Assembly (NCBI GenBank): GCA_002811645.1
Contig: PDIP01000052.1
Location: forward strand, 133,544-197,543
Length of the DNA: 64,000 bases
Origin: Corallochytrium limacisporum Hawaii
Taxonomy: Eukaryota > Protista > Pluriformea
Direction: 5' to 3'
Of this stretch, positions 54,674-64,000 are shown piece by piece (positions within the stretch are counted from its first letter, which is position 1; each line of letters opens with the position of its first letter). Under the pieces are notes generated by a model. The model was not told where the DNA came from. It saw only the letters and a list, made by a program, of their open reading frames with translations, and did no database searches. A program made the position numbers and the translations under genes.

Positions 54674-57091
54674 ATGCTGTCAACAACAGTTTTGGTCGGG
54701 TCCTACTTTGCCACCATGGCTGGCTCTGTCATGGGGGACGCACAGGTAGCGAATCAGCGAAAATGCGACGCCAGCTCAGAATCAGGCGCAGTCGGAGGGC
54801 AGTTCACAAATCCAAACATCTACAACGACACGGAGAATCCATTTGTGTGCGGAGCCTCGGCATTGAACCTGGACGACGCAAGGGATATGGCTTGGAAATT
54901 CGCCCCCGTTTTGCACGAGCACCCAGCGGAACCGTACCACATGACAGACATTCAGGAATTTCTGGCCAATGCTGAGATTTATAAGACTACAGTGGCACAG
55001 AACCAGACTACCACGCCGGAAAATCTCTGGACCTACGTGGATCCGAGTGTGCTATACTATGATGATCACCAGTATCGCATGGTAGGCCCAACTGCAAACT
55101 ATGGGGGCACTGAACCAGTTGATGGGGAGATTCAGGCACCGATATATTTCACTGCCTTCGAACAGGACGGGTTCTGGGTATTCACATACTATTACTGGTT
55201 CAATTACAACGGGTGTGGAGGCGAAACGTTAGACTACATTACCGAAAACGATGAGTACAAGACAGCCCGGTTTATCTTGTGCAATTTGGGCATCCATGAA
55301 GGCGACTGGGAGACCACGCAGGTGGTGGTCTGCCCCGATACTCTGGAGGTGCAGGGCGTAACCACCCTGGGTCACGGTGACGGTGAGTTCTTGGACTGTC
55401 GGGTGGATGGTGAGTGCGACTTTGCTGATGGCTACCCGGCTGATGAGCATCATATCAACGTGTACATTGCGCTTGCGACGCACGCCACGTATACCACAGT
55501 GGGAGAGCAGTACTACATTTACTCGCCGATTCCGGTTTTGAGCCGTGTGCTAGCTTTGTGGGTTACAGATCGTACTTCAGATCAAGGTCCGAAATTTCTT
55601 CCCAATGACACCAACGTCATTGCTCTACCGAGCCCCAGTTCCATTTCCGAGAATGATCCATTCAATTGGATTGCCTGGGTAGGACGCTTCGGTGGTCTTC
55701 TTCCCACAGGACTCACAGAAATTCTATGTCTCAATGAAGAAACCACAGCCGTAGAAGACTGTCCTGACGATGAGGTTTTCCAGGACATTGTGTCCATGTT
55801 AGGACTTGACGGCTCCGGCACGACCTCTCTACAGCAATTCGTCATTGATTTAGTTCCCATCACTGGCGATACCACCGGGCCCACGGGTCCTTATGCCAAG
55901 AGTCAAGCTTACGAGCTTCGTGCGGACGATCCACACCCGGCTGGTTTGGATCCAGACGCTGCTTGCCCTGGCAATGTCTATATCTCGGACGAAGATCGCG
56001 CGGCTCTGGTACAGGGACAGCAACAGGCCCGAGACATTCGAAATCGTGAGGTGTTTAGGGACCTTGCTCTTGGATTCCTTGTCCTGCTGGTTGTGGGACT
56101 TGTCATTTCTGTGTTGACTGTGCTGCCAGCTGATGAGACGAGCATTGTGAACCTGGTACTTCGGGATGTGGCGAACGTGGATGCAGAGTTTCCGAACCAG
56201 AACATGGCAGATCGTCACTGGCTCACCCTGTGGTACACTCAGGGTAGGCTGCATGTTCTATGGGTCGTGACCATCATCTTCTTCGAATGCTTTGGCATTG
56301 CCGTTATCATTCCTGGCATCATTGACATTACCGAACTTGGTGAAGACTTGGTGGACTCAAATGTGTGGGAGTTCATTAGAAAGTTCTTCATTGTGCTTTT
56401 GCCGATTCTCGGTTTTCTTGACCTGTTGGCCATTATGCTCGTCTTCTACAGCACATTCTACTGGATCCGCACCGCCAAGCGCATTGATGCATCTTACAAC
56501 ATCAGAGTCTGGGAAGTCCTGTACAGCATCATGGCATTCTCACAATTGTTTGCCATGTTCCTGTCCATTATGCTGTTTGGCTTGGCGACTCTGGCTTTTG
56601 TGAATCAGAAACTCTTTGTGGAGGGTTGCAAAGGCTTAACAGATGCCACTGGAATAGAGGGTGTGTGCCTTGATCTCAGCGTCTTTGGCCTGAACTCCTT
56701 TACCTGCGGATCGGCGGTAATCAATTTCTGTGCCGATGTTGCTGATACGCGTACCGAACTCATATTCTATGGAGCTCTGTTCCTCACCCTGTCCCATTTG
56801 ATGGTGGTCATCATGGTCACCATCGGTGTACGCGTGTTTCGGCTAATGAATGAATTTGCTCAGGCACTCAATGAGCATCGGATGTCAATCCTCGACAACG
56901 AAACAGAAGCAGGGCGTCCGTCGACCAGGAAGTCTTCCGGAGGGAATGGAACTGTCTTGCCCTTATCTGAAGATATCGAAGGCCGTGTCAGTACAGCTTC
57001 CGAGGCGAAAGAGCCCATGGTCTCACCTCGCGCCATGGGTCACGAAGCTGCAGATACTGGCTCAAGTTTGGACGGATCACCCGATCACTGA
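54674..57091 (+). CDS. Vps62-like ectodomain fused to a 5-TM region whose last four helices resemble myelin PLP/M6 proteolipids
   Basis: Signal-like N-terminus. Vps62-type motifs FAPVLHEHPAEPY, FTYYYWFNYNG, GIHEGDWE, THATY, WVGRFG and GPTGP. C-terminal EGC...CLDLSVFG...CG....FC loop between the last two TM helices. Confidence 0.8.
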   Translation: MLSTTVLVGSYFATMAGSVMGDAQVANQRKCDASSESGAVGGQFTNPNIYNDTENPFVCGASALNLDDARDMAWKFAPVLHEHPAEPYHMTDIQEFLANAEIYKTTVAQNQTTTPENLWTYVDPSVLYYDDHQYRMVGPTANYGGTEPVDGEIQAPIYFTAFEQDGFWVFTYYYWFNYNGCGGETLDYITENDEYKTARFILCNLGIHEGDWETTQVVVCPDTLEVQGVTTLGHGDGEFLDCRVDGECDFADGYPADEHHINVYIALATHATYTTVGEQYYIYSPIPVLSRVLALWVTDRTSDQGPKFLPNDTNVIALPSPSSISENDPFNWIAWVGRFGGLLPTGLTEILCLNEETTAVEDCPDDEVFQDIVSMLGLDGSGTTSLQQFVIDLVPITGDTTGPTGPYAKSQAYELRADDPHPAGLDPDAACPGNVYISDEDRAALVQGQQQARDIRNREVFRDLALGFLVLLVVGLVISVLTVLPADETSIVNLVLRDVANVDAEFPNQNMADRHWLTLWYTQGRLHVLWVVTIIFFECFGIAVIIPGIIDITELGEDLVDSNVWEFIRKFFIVLLPILGFLDLLAIMLVFYSTFYWIRTAKRIDASYNIRVWEVLYSIMAFSQLFAMFLSIMLFGLATLAFVNQKLFVEGCKGLTDATGIEGVCLDLSVFGLNSFTCGSAVINFCADVADTRTELIFYGALFLTLSHLMVVIMVTIGVRVFRLMNEFAQALNEHRMSILDNETEAGRPSTRKSSGGNGTVLPLSEDIEGRVSTASEAKEPMVSPRAMGHEAADTGSSLDGSPDH

Positions 57092-57476
57092 CCGACGTTT
57101 TCATGTTTTTGTTTTGGGTTCTTAGGCCTTTTACGGAACCGGCCGGCCAATTTGGTTTCTCTTCCACTTTGTCTACTAAGTACTGGTCGCCGCGATTTGC
57201 TACACCGTGCTCGCACGACAAGGGTTGCAGGTCAATTGCGCGGAGAGCATGAGTTCAAACCACCATAAAATACGGATATCTTTGCAGTTCCAATGATTCC
57301 TGAAGTGGACAAATTACGAATACAGCTTTTTGCTCTCTCTCTCTCTCCTTTCAGCTGGCATGAATTGAGACAGCGTCATCATGCTGAGGTGCAAAAGTCT
57401 TCGTACGCGGAAGTGATCAGATACTGTATTGCTTCAATATAGGAATAGCTTACTAATCTCTACATACCTAAAACTG

Positions 57477-58990
57477 CTTAGAAGTTGAAATACTAGGGTC
57501 AGCCGCACCACGCCTGCGGACGCACTTGCGATTCTCACATATGGAAGCGGTCTCCATGGTAGAGTACATGTTTAAAGTCGAGTAGAGGACGGGCCGGAAC
57601 AGACTGGCCGAGAAATTTGTATTAGCGGGGACCACCGCGAAGAGTAATTGGGTCATGTATTCACCTGTTGAGAGTAAGTATTCCACATCATTGTTCTTTA
57701 GTTACAATGATCCTGTGTTTCTATATGCATGCTCATTCAGCGCAAGACATAGTGTACTCAATCTCACACTTAACGCTCCACTGCTTCCAGAAATCGGAGT
57801 CATACTCCCAGTAGCCGGTACTGATGGTGTCAGTAATGTCATAGTCACCAACATCGATATCGCTGGGTGCCTTCATGGACCAATCGGTGTAATCGCTCCA
57901 GACTGTGTTGTCGTCGTCACTGTTCTCATCCTCCTCGTAGTTTATGGTCAATGTAATCGATGGTTGGGGAGTACCTGATTGTGCAGTACCAGAATCCAGG
58001 TCGTCGTCCAAGTCCCATTCCGGGTCCTTTTCCCATGAGTCAGTGTCCAAGGAAAAGACATCGTCTCCGTCATCATTAGTGATCGTGATTGAACCCGTGT
58101 ACCAAGCCTTGTCATAATCCGTTTTAAAATCCCAGTACTCACACTTGTTTTTACACTTGATCTCGTTGATCGTGTAGTATGCCTTAGAGCACGCAGTGCT
58201 ATCACGGCGTTCTAGTGGAGCGGCCGACACTGCCGCAATGGAAAGTACAGCAAGGGTAACAGATTTCATGTTCATCGTATTGTGTAGCAAAAGCACTTGT
58301 AACAGACCTCATCAAAGATAATCTACTAAAAAGTGTCCGGAACTCTCACTTTGGCGGCGGAGTTTCCGATCCTTAAGTACCTTATTCGGAATCAGATCGT
58401 GCCAAGGCGCTCTCCCCCGAGCAGCTCATTGTGGTTTCAGGTTCCTATTACGGTTAGCCGAGGACTGGCGGGTATCTGGCTCGTAGCGATGCTATGTTTT
58501 CATCTTCGAACGGAACAGGATTGCCCACAGAGAAATCGTGCGCGGCTGCGGTGACGTCGTTGACCTGGACGTTCCTTTTGCGCCAGGCTTGCCAAAATTG
58601 ATCCATAGGCACGTCCCCCGACTTGCCAGGGCAACACTTTGGCACGTAGGATTCCTGCCTAATTTGGAAGTGCCCATGCGCATGTTTGGCAACAGCTGTC
58701 GCGAGCGGGGAGGGCCGCCTGGGACACAGGAAAATAAGTGAAATGATTACAATACCGAAATCTGTGTTACGTACTGGGTAAGGGTTACTTGCTCCAGGTT
58801 GACGAAGACACAAGGAAAGCGGGTTTTGCAACCTCTATCCCGGTTGGTGGTTTGGGCAAGTGGGCGAAAACATCTAGTAGATGTGCTCGTGAAATTCCGT
58901 CTTGGCTTCGCACCGGGCCCTCGATCGTAGCCATGTCCGGCCAAAGAAGCATTACTTACAGGTGATTTTTTTTTATTGCTAGTCTGGATC
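57477..58990. repeat. Tandem duplication, copy 1 (gene plus flanks)
   Basis: Aligns by eye with about 60470-62010, offset about 3.0 kb. Confidence 0.92.
57733..58275 (-). CDS. Small secreted acidic Trp/Asp-rich protein, paralog A (possible C2-like fold)
   Basis: Signal peptide MKSVTLAVLSIAAVSA, dibasic pro-site APLERR and five Cys. The reading frame is conserved with paralog B. Confidence 0.88.
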   Translation of the reverse strand: MNMKSVTLAVLSIAAVSAAPLERRDSTACSKAYYTINEIKCKNKCEYWDFKTDYDKAWYTGSITITNDDGDDVFSLDTDSWEKDPEWDLDDDLDSGTAQSGTPQPSITLTINYEEDENSDDDNTVWSDYTDWSMKAPSDIDVGDYDITDTISTGYWEYDSDFWKQWSVKCEIEYTMSCAE

Positions 58991-60469
58991 TGACTGTCAC
59001 ATTTACTTGCTGTGATAGTTATTAGTACACGAGCATATTTTGCGTATCATTGTAATTGCCAAGAGGTCCTGCTGACAAAGCACCTTTATGCTGGGACTGA
59101 TGTTTTTTTTGAACGTCTCCGAGTGCACCGTACCTGCGATAGTCAACGGTCAGCCATTTCTAAAAATGGTAACATTAACTTGCTATGTATGGAATAATGC
59201 AAAAAACCTGCCTAATATATATATATATATCTATGATGAACTTTGAGCATTCCCCTGGACTGCCGCATCCCTGCCAACAAACCATATACATCTAACTTGG
59301 ATGCTCCGGCTGTTCATGTCAAGTATTTTGTCCTAAGACAATCCACTAGACTGTCGGTTCAGATCTTACTGGCGCTCAGCAAACCGCACAATCCAGGACA
59401 TAGCAGTAATATTGCAAGCGAGTGTGTTGTTATAAGGATACGACTTTGCGACTCGCCATTGTCCAGAAGCGTACAGGGCGTATACATGATAGAATCCTTC
59501 CTGAACTCTACAGCAAGCACTCGGTATGAAACAGTGGTCATCCTGCAGCAGCGGCGGCCGTGATATCAAAACCAGGCCCGAAAACGCGGCGCCGCTGTAG
59601 GATATCAGGATGAGACTGGAGTGTAACAAGTTCCACTGTCACCAATGGAGATCTATTTCGAAAGTGCAGTCTCCTCAAGCGGGGTCGAAGATCCAAATGG
59701 CAGTATTGCGGAGACAGAGACTTCCATAGTTTGGCCGAGTCTGAACAAAAATGGAATGTCAAACCCAAAACGGCTCTCATTGTGAAGCAAATTTATCTTT
59801 CAAGGAAGGGAATTTTCTTTCCGGCCGTCCAAAAAAAATCCCTTGCCTAAAACTTGTGAAACACGGACACGGGCGGGCGGGCGGCTGCGTGTTTCCCTCC
59901 CCTCCCCCTTTCTGGGGGAAGGGAGTCGGGGGAGGGGAAGAACGTAGAAATCTGCCTTGGCCCTTCCACTCCTGGCCAGGGTTTCAAATTCGAAGTGCTA
60001 AGTAGAGTCCCGTAGGGCGGGGTTTCAGAACACACTCGCACACATCTGGCCCCCATGGAACGTCTTTCTGCATAGCGCAATAGAAATATTGAAACCCTAG
60101 ATGTTTATGTAGGAGTACGAAATTCCTGGTTCGCTTTTGTCCTGCGACACATACCAAGATGTGCCGTTTGAGCATGGCAGTAAGGACTCGGGGTTTATGT
60201 TGCCGCGGGCTACCATGCGGCAGCTCCGGCTGTGATATCAAGCTCAGTAACTCGAAGGGGAAAGACTGATCTGGCAGAGCAATGCAAAGGACATACGTTT
60301 TCCAGACGATCTCGTAGTGTGCGTCAAGCGCGTCAGTATCACTGATCGTGCAGACTTCCGCTTCCCTCGTTTCTATAAATGTTTGTTTGGGCAATGCGAA
60401 AGAAACACTAAAAACATCCTTATGCTTAGCAGGTATTGTATTGTCTGAATATATGAATATCTTACTAAT

Positions 60470-62010
60470 CCCTAGAAGTTGAAGTACTAGGGTCAGCGGC
60501 ACCTCGACTGCGGACCTAATTGCGATTCTCACGAAAGATGGCTCCATGGTAGAGCAAATGTTACAAGTCGAGTAGAGACTGGCTGGAAAAAGATTGGCCG
60601 AGAAATTTGTATTGGTGAGGACTACCGTGACGAGTAATTGGGTCAACTATTCACCTGTTGAGAGTAAGTAATCTACATCACTGTTCTTTAGTTCAAATGA
60701 TCGAGTGTTTCTGTGAGAACGCTTAGTCATCGTCGCAAGACATTGTGTACTCGATCTCACACTTTACGCTCCACCCCTTCCAAAAATCTGAGGTATATTC
60801 CCAATAGCCGGTGCTGATCGTGTCAGTAATGTCATAGTCACCAAGGTCGATGTCGCTGGGGGCCTTCAAGGACATAGTGTAATCACTGAAGACTGTGTAG
60901 TTTGTGTCACTCTCTTGATCCTCCTCGTAGTTTACGGTCAATGAAATTATTGCCTCGGGAGTACCTGATTGTGCAATACCATACTCCAGATCGTCATCCA
61001 AGTTCCATTCCGGAGACTTTTCCCATGCGCCAGTGTCCAAGGAATACAAATTGTAACCGCCATCAGTGGTGATCTTGACTGAGCCCCAGTACCAAGCCGA
61101 GTCCGTGTCGGTTTTCAGATCCCAGTACTCACACTTATTTTTACACTTGATCTCGTTGATCGTGTAGTATGCCTTGGAGCACGCAGTGCTATCGCGGCGT
61201 TCTAGTGGAGCGGCCGACACTGCCGCAATGGAAAGTACAGCAAGGGTAACAGATTTCATGTTCATCGTATTGTGTAGCAAAAGCANNNNNNNNNNNNNNN
61301 NNNNNNNNNNNNNNNNNNNNNNNNNNNNNNNNNNNNNNNNNNNNNNNNNNNNNNNNNNNNNNNNNNNNNNNNNNNNNNNNNNNNNTAAGTACCTTATTCG
61401 GAATCAGATCGTGCCAAGGCGCTCTCCCCCGAGCAGCTCATTGTGGTTTCAGGTTCCTATTACGGTTAGCCGTGGACTGGCTGATATCTGGCTCATAGAG
61501 GTGCTATGTTTTCATCTTCGAACGGAAGAGAACGCGAGGCTTTGCATTGAGAAATCGTGGGCGGCTGCGGTTTCTCATTTGTGTCGTCTTCTTTTGCGCC
61601 CGAGTCTGTCAAAATTCCACCCACAGGCACGTCCCCCGACTTGCCAGGGCAACACTTTGGCACGTAGGATTCCTGCCTAATTTGGAAGTGCCCATGCGCA
61701 TGTTTGGCAACAGCTGTCGCGAGCGGGGAGGGCCGCCTGGGACACAGGAAAATAAGTGAAATGATTACAATACCGAAATCTGTGTTACGTACTGGGTAAG
61801 GGTTACTTGCTCCAGGTTGACGAAGACACAAGGAAAGCGGGTTTTGCAACCTCTATCCCGGTTGGTGGTTTGGGCAAGTGGGCGAAAACATCTAGTAGAT
61901 GTGCTCGTGAAATTCCGTCTTGGCTTCGCACCGGGCCCTCGATCGTAGCCATGTCCGGCCAAAGAAGCATTACTTACAGGTGATTATTTTCTATTGCTAG
62001 TCTGGATCTG
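60470..62010. repeat. Tandem duplication, copy 2 (contains a 100-N gap at 61286-61385)
   Basis: The upstream block 61625-61985 appears identical to 58607-58967; the 3' flank is clearly diverged. Confidence 0.92.
60723..61265 (-). CDS. Small secreted protein, paralog B
   Basis: First 49 aa identical to paralog A; the remainder is colinear with about 35 differences. Confidence 0.88.
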   Translation of the reverse strand: MNMKSVTLAVLSIAAVSAAPLERRDSTACSKAYYTINEIKCKNKCEYWDLKTDTDSAWYWGSVKITTDGGYNLYSLDTGAWEKSPEWNLDDDLEYGIAQSGTPEAIISLTVNYEEDQESDTNYTVFSDYTMSLKAPSDIDLGDYDITDTISTGYWEYTSDFWKGWSVKCEIEYTMSCDDD

Positions 62011-64000
62011 CAACGACGGAAGAGATTTGCGAAGCAGTATCAGATGTATTTGGTGGTACGAAAACAAGGAATTTTGCGCATTGCAGCAATTGCAAAGACA
62101 TACTGCTGAAAACAAGGCTTTGAACTCAAAAGGATGGTCGCTTGCAGGGACAGCGTCCCACAGCAATATTGAGCCGAAGATATTTTGCCGCTTTCATTGA
62201 GCATTAAAACCTACTTAGGATATGTATTTCTACGTAGACCGCGTCTTCACTTTGCGCATGAAATCTCATCTTTACTTTTTTTCGCCCATGCCGTCTCTAT
62301 GACCTCATCACGGCCGCGCCGAACCAATCGTTGGAGAACCCCATTCAGCGAGCACGGACATCAGAAGTCTCTCTGGCTTGCCCTGGCTCTCAGCTCCTTT
62401 CGGCATGCCCAAAGAGTTTAAGTAACAGTATCATCTTTCACAAAGCAATCTCAGTACTTTACCCTCCTGTGATCTCGTTCCTGCGCCTGCGTCACCATGG
62501 GTCATCGATTTTAAGCAATACTGTGGGTGCGAGATATTTTCTCTTCCGTGATTTCCTTCTCCCTTTTTTTTTTGTCGGTTTCCGCAATGTGCAGCATTTT
62601 GACAGCAGTCCGTATGACCTCCGTGTGTGGGCGGTCGAGTTGATACTCCGGCCAGTGACGACCCTCTTTGTTGGAGGGACTTTGCTGACTTTTCTGCAAG
62701 TCTCTTCCACGGGGGTGCCATCAAATGTCCTAATTCCTTTCAACCAGTCTTTTGAACGAAACGCGTGGACTCCACGAGAGCTCTGACGTGGCTGACTCGG
62801 TGTGGTAGATATCGTGTAGCCACAATAGCTCCTATCAAATAACGCACCTTTCCATACAAGTCAACATTCATAACGTACCTTAGCACGGCAGCAGGGCTCT
62901 GCTGCTAAGGACAAATAGCAACTATCGTATCACGTAGTATCGTACCCAATACAAATTCAAGACACGAAATCATTCACGAATAGATGTCTTTTCTGCAAAG
63001 GAAATAGCACTGCGTCATGCCTGGCACCTCCATCTACGGGCATTTGGTAGGCCTAATAGGCGGGTACATGTGTAAATCTCCGGGGTACATACGTTCTCGG
63101 GCAATTCGCCGTCTTCGTACGCCTTGTTCTCACAACTGTTGATGATCGCGAAAACATCTAAACCCACCGTCGCAAGACTAGCATGTCCGAATGCGCTGTA
63201 GGAAGCACTCTCCAAGAATAGACCATCAATTGGGGCTTTGATTAGGCTGGCGGGCCTTGACGAGAAGCTTCCGGAGATTGGCGACATTGGTCGTGTATAT
63301 TGTCAAAACGACCGGCCGTTACAATGTGCGCCGCCACCACCGACTGTTGCGAAGGCTCCTACTGCATTCAAAAGGATATGGAATCTTTTTCAAATCCAGC
63401 CATCTTCTTTCAGCCTGCGTCCCCTCAAGTGCAAATCAGCTTCGGAAATCACTCTCGCAAAACATTCAAAAAAAGTTACCCCAGGCGGGCAAGATGTATG
63501 GCGGGTGGTAGTAATTTGGCGGCAGGTAAAGGACTGGGATGGGAAAGTGGTCTAAGCCGCCTCAGCGGCACCTTACGGCTGGAACTGCATGAGCAACAGA
63601 CATGTCATACTGGACGCCATGCTACACGCCCAACGGTATTTACGAAAGGGTGTGTAAGGTGATCGAGGGCCGGTCAACTGTTTGTTGAACCATCATCAAT
63701 TATGTCTTGGAGTAAGTTGCTTTCGTCAACTCTAAGAATCTTAACTGATCGCCCCGAAACCTGTTCAACATTAACACCTCGATTGTTCTTGTTCTCGGCG
63801 CTCTTTTCGGTGTTTACACTGCTTCTTCTTTCGCACCTAACTGTAAAGCAGATGAAGAAAGAACTATTTAAAGCTCGCGCGCCCGCAATTTCACGTTCCC
63901 GCCTACACTGCGCTGAACAATAAGGTATCTGTACCAAGAAAAACAAAGGGAAAAGTACGCGGTCGATGGATTTTGTAGCACTGGCTGGGGCACTAGGGTT

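Noticed and set aside
58454-58944. ORFs repeated in both duplication copies
   Set aside because: Their identity simply reflects duplicated upstream DNA; there is no ATG-led, protein-like signal.
62878-62910. Small bulged hairpin (CCTTAG..GCAGCAG-GGCT-CTGCTGCTAAGG)
   Set aside because: Short and single-copy, with no associated element ends or RNA family features.
1-64000. CRISPR arrays, rRNA, prokaryotic operons, intact transposons
   Set aside because: No regularly spaced repeats, rRNA signatures, or transposase/RT/integrase motifs were recognised, and the context is eukaryotic.

Overview
This is eukaryotic nuclear DNA (draft assembly, four N-gaps) with long, apparently intron-free genes. 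The gene set is animal-like (KIF13-type kinesin-3, trichoplein, JADE, iodotyrosine deiodinase, a PLP/M6-like tetraspan), which suggests an intron-poor unicellular holozoan; Corallochytrium-like is my inference and is not verified. Left block (1-25.4 kb): SLC35E3-like transporter, orphan membrane protein, KIF13, TCHP, orphan disordered protein, steroid/enoyl reductase, double hotdog thioesterase, TFIIE-alpha, ORC1 and a catalytically degenerate ALG3 paralog. A ~16.5 kb ORF-poor desert follows and ends at a 100-aa microprotein carrying a PP1-type RVxF motif and two SPAK/OSR1-type RFxV motifs. Right block: JADE, IYD, a SAM methyltransferase, a bacterial-type GST, a Vps62 + PLP/M6-like fusion protein, and a tandem pair of small secreted proteins with a possible C2-like fold. 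Best leads: the microprotein and its desert, the Vps62-proteolipid fusion, the ALG3 pseudoenzyme, the mosaic secreted pair, and poly(C)-then-poly(G) palindromes recurring in promoter-side intergenic regions. All family calls come from motif recognition by eye against remembered family sequences; no searches were run.
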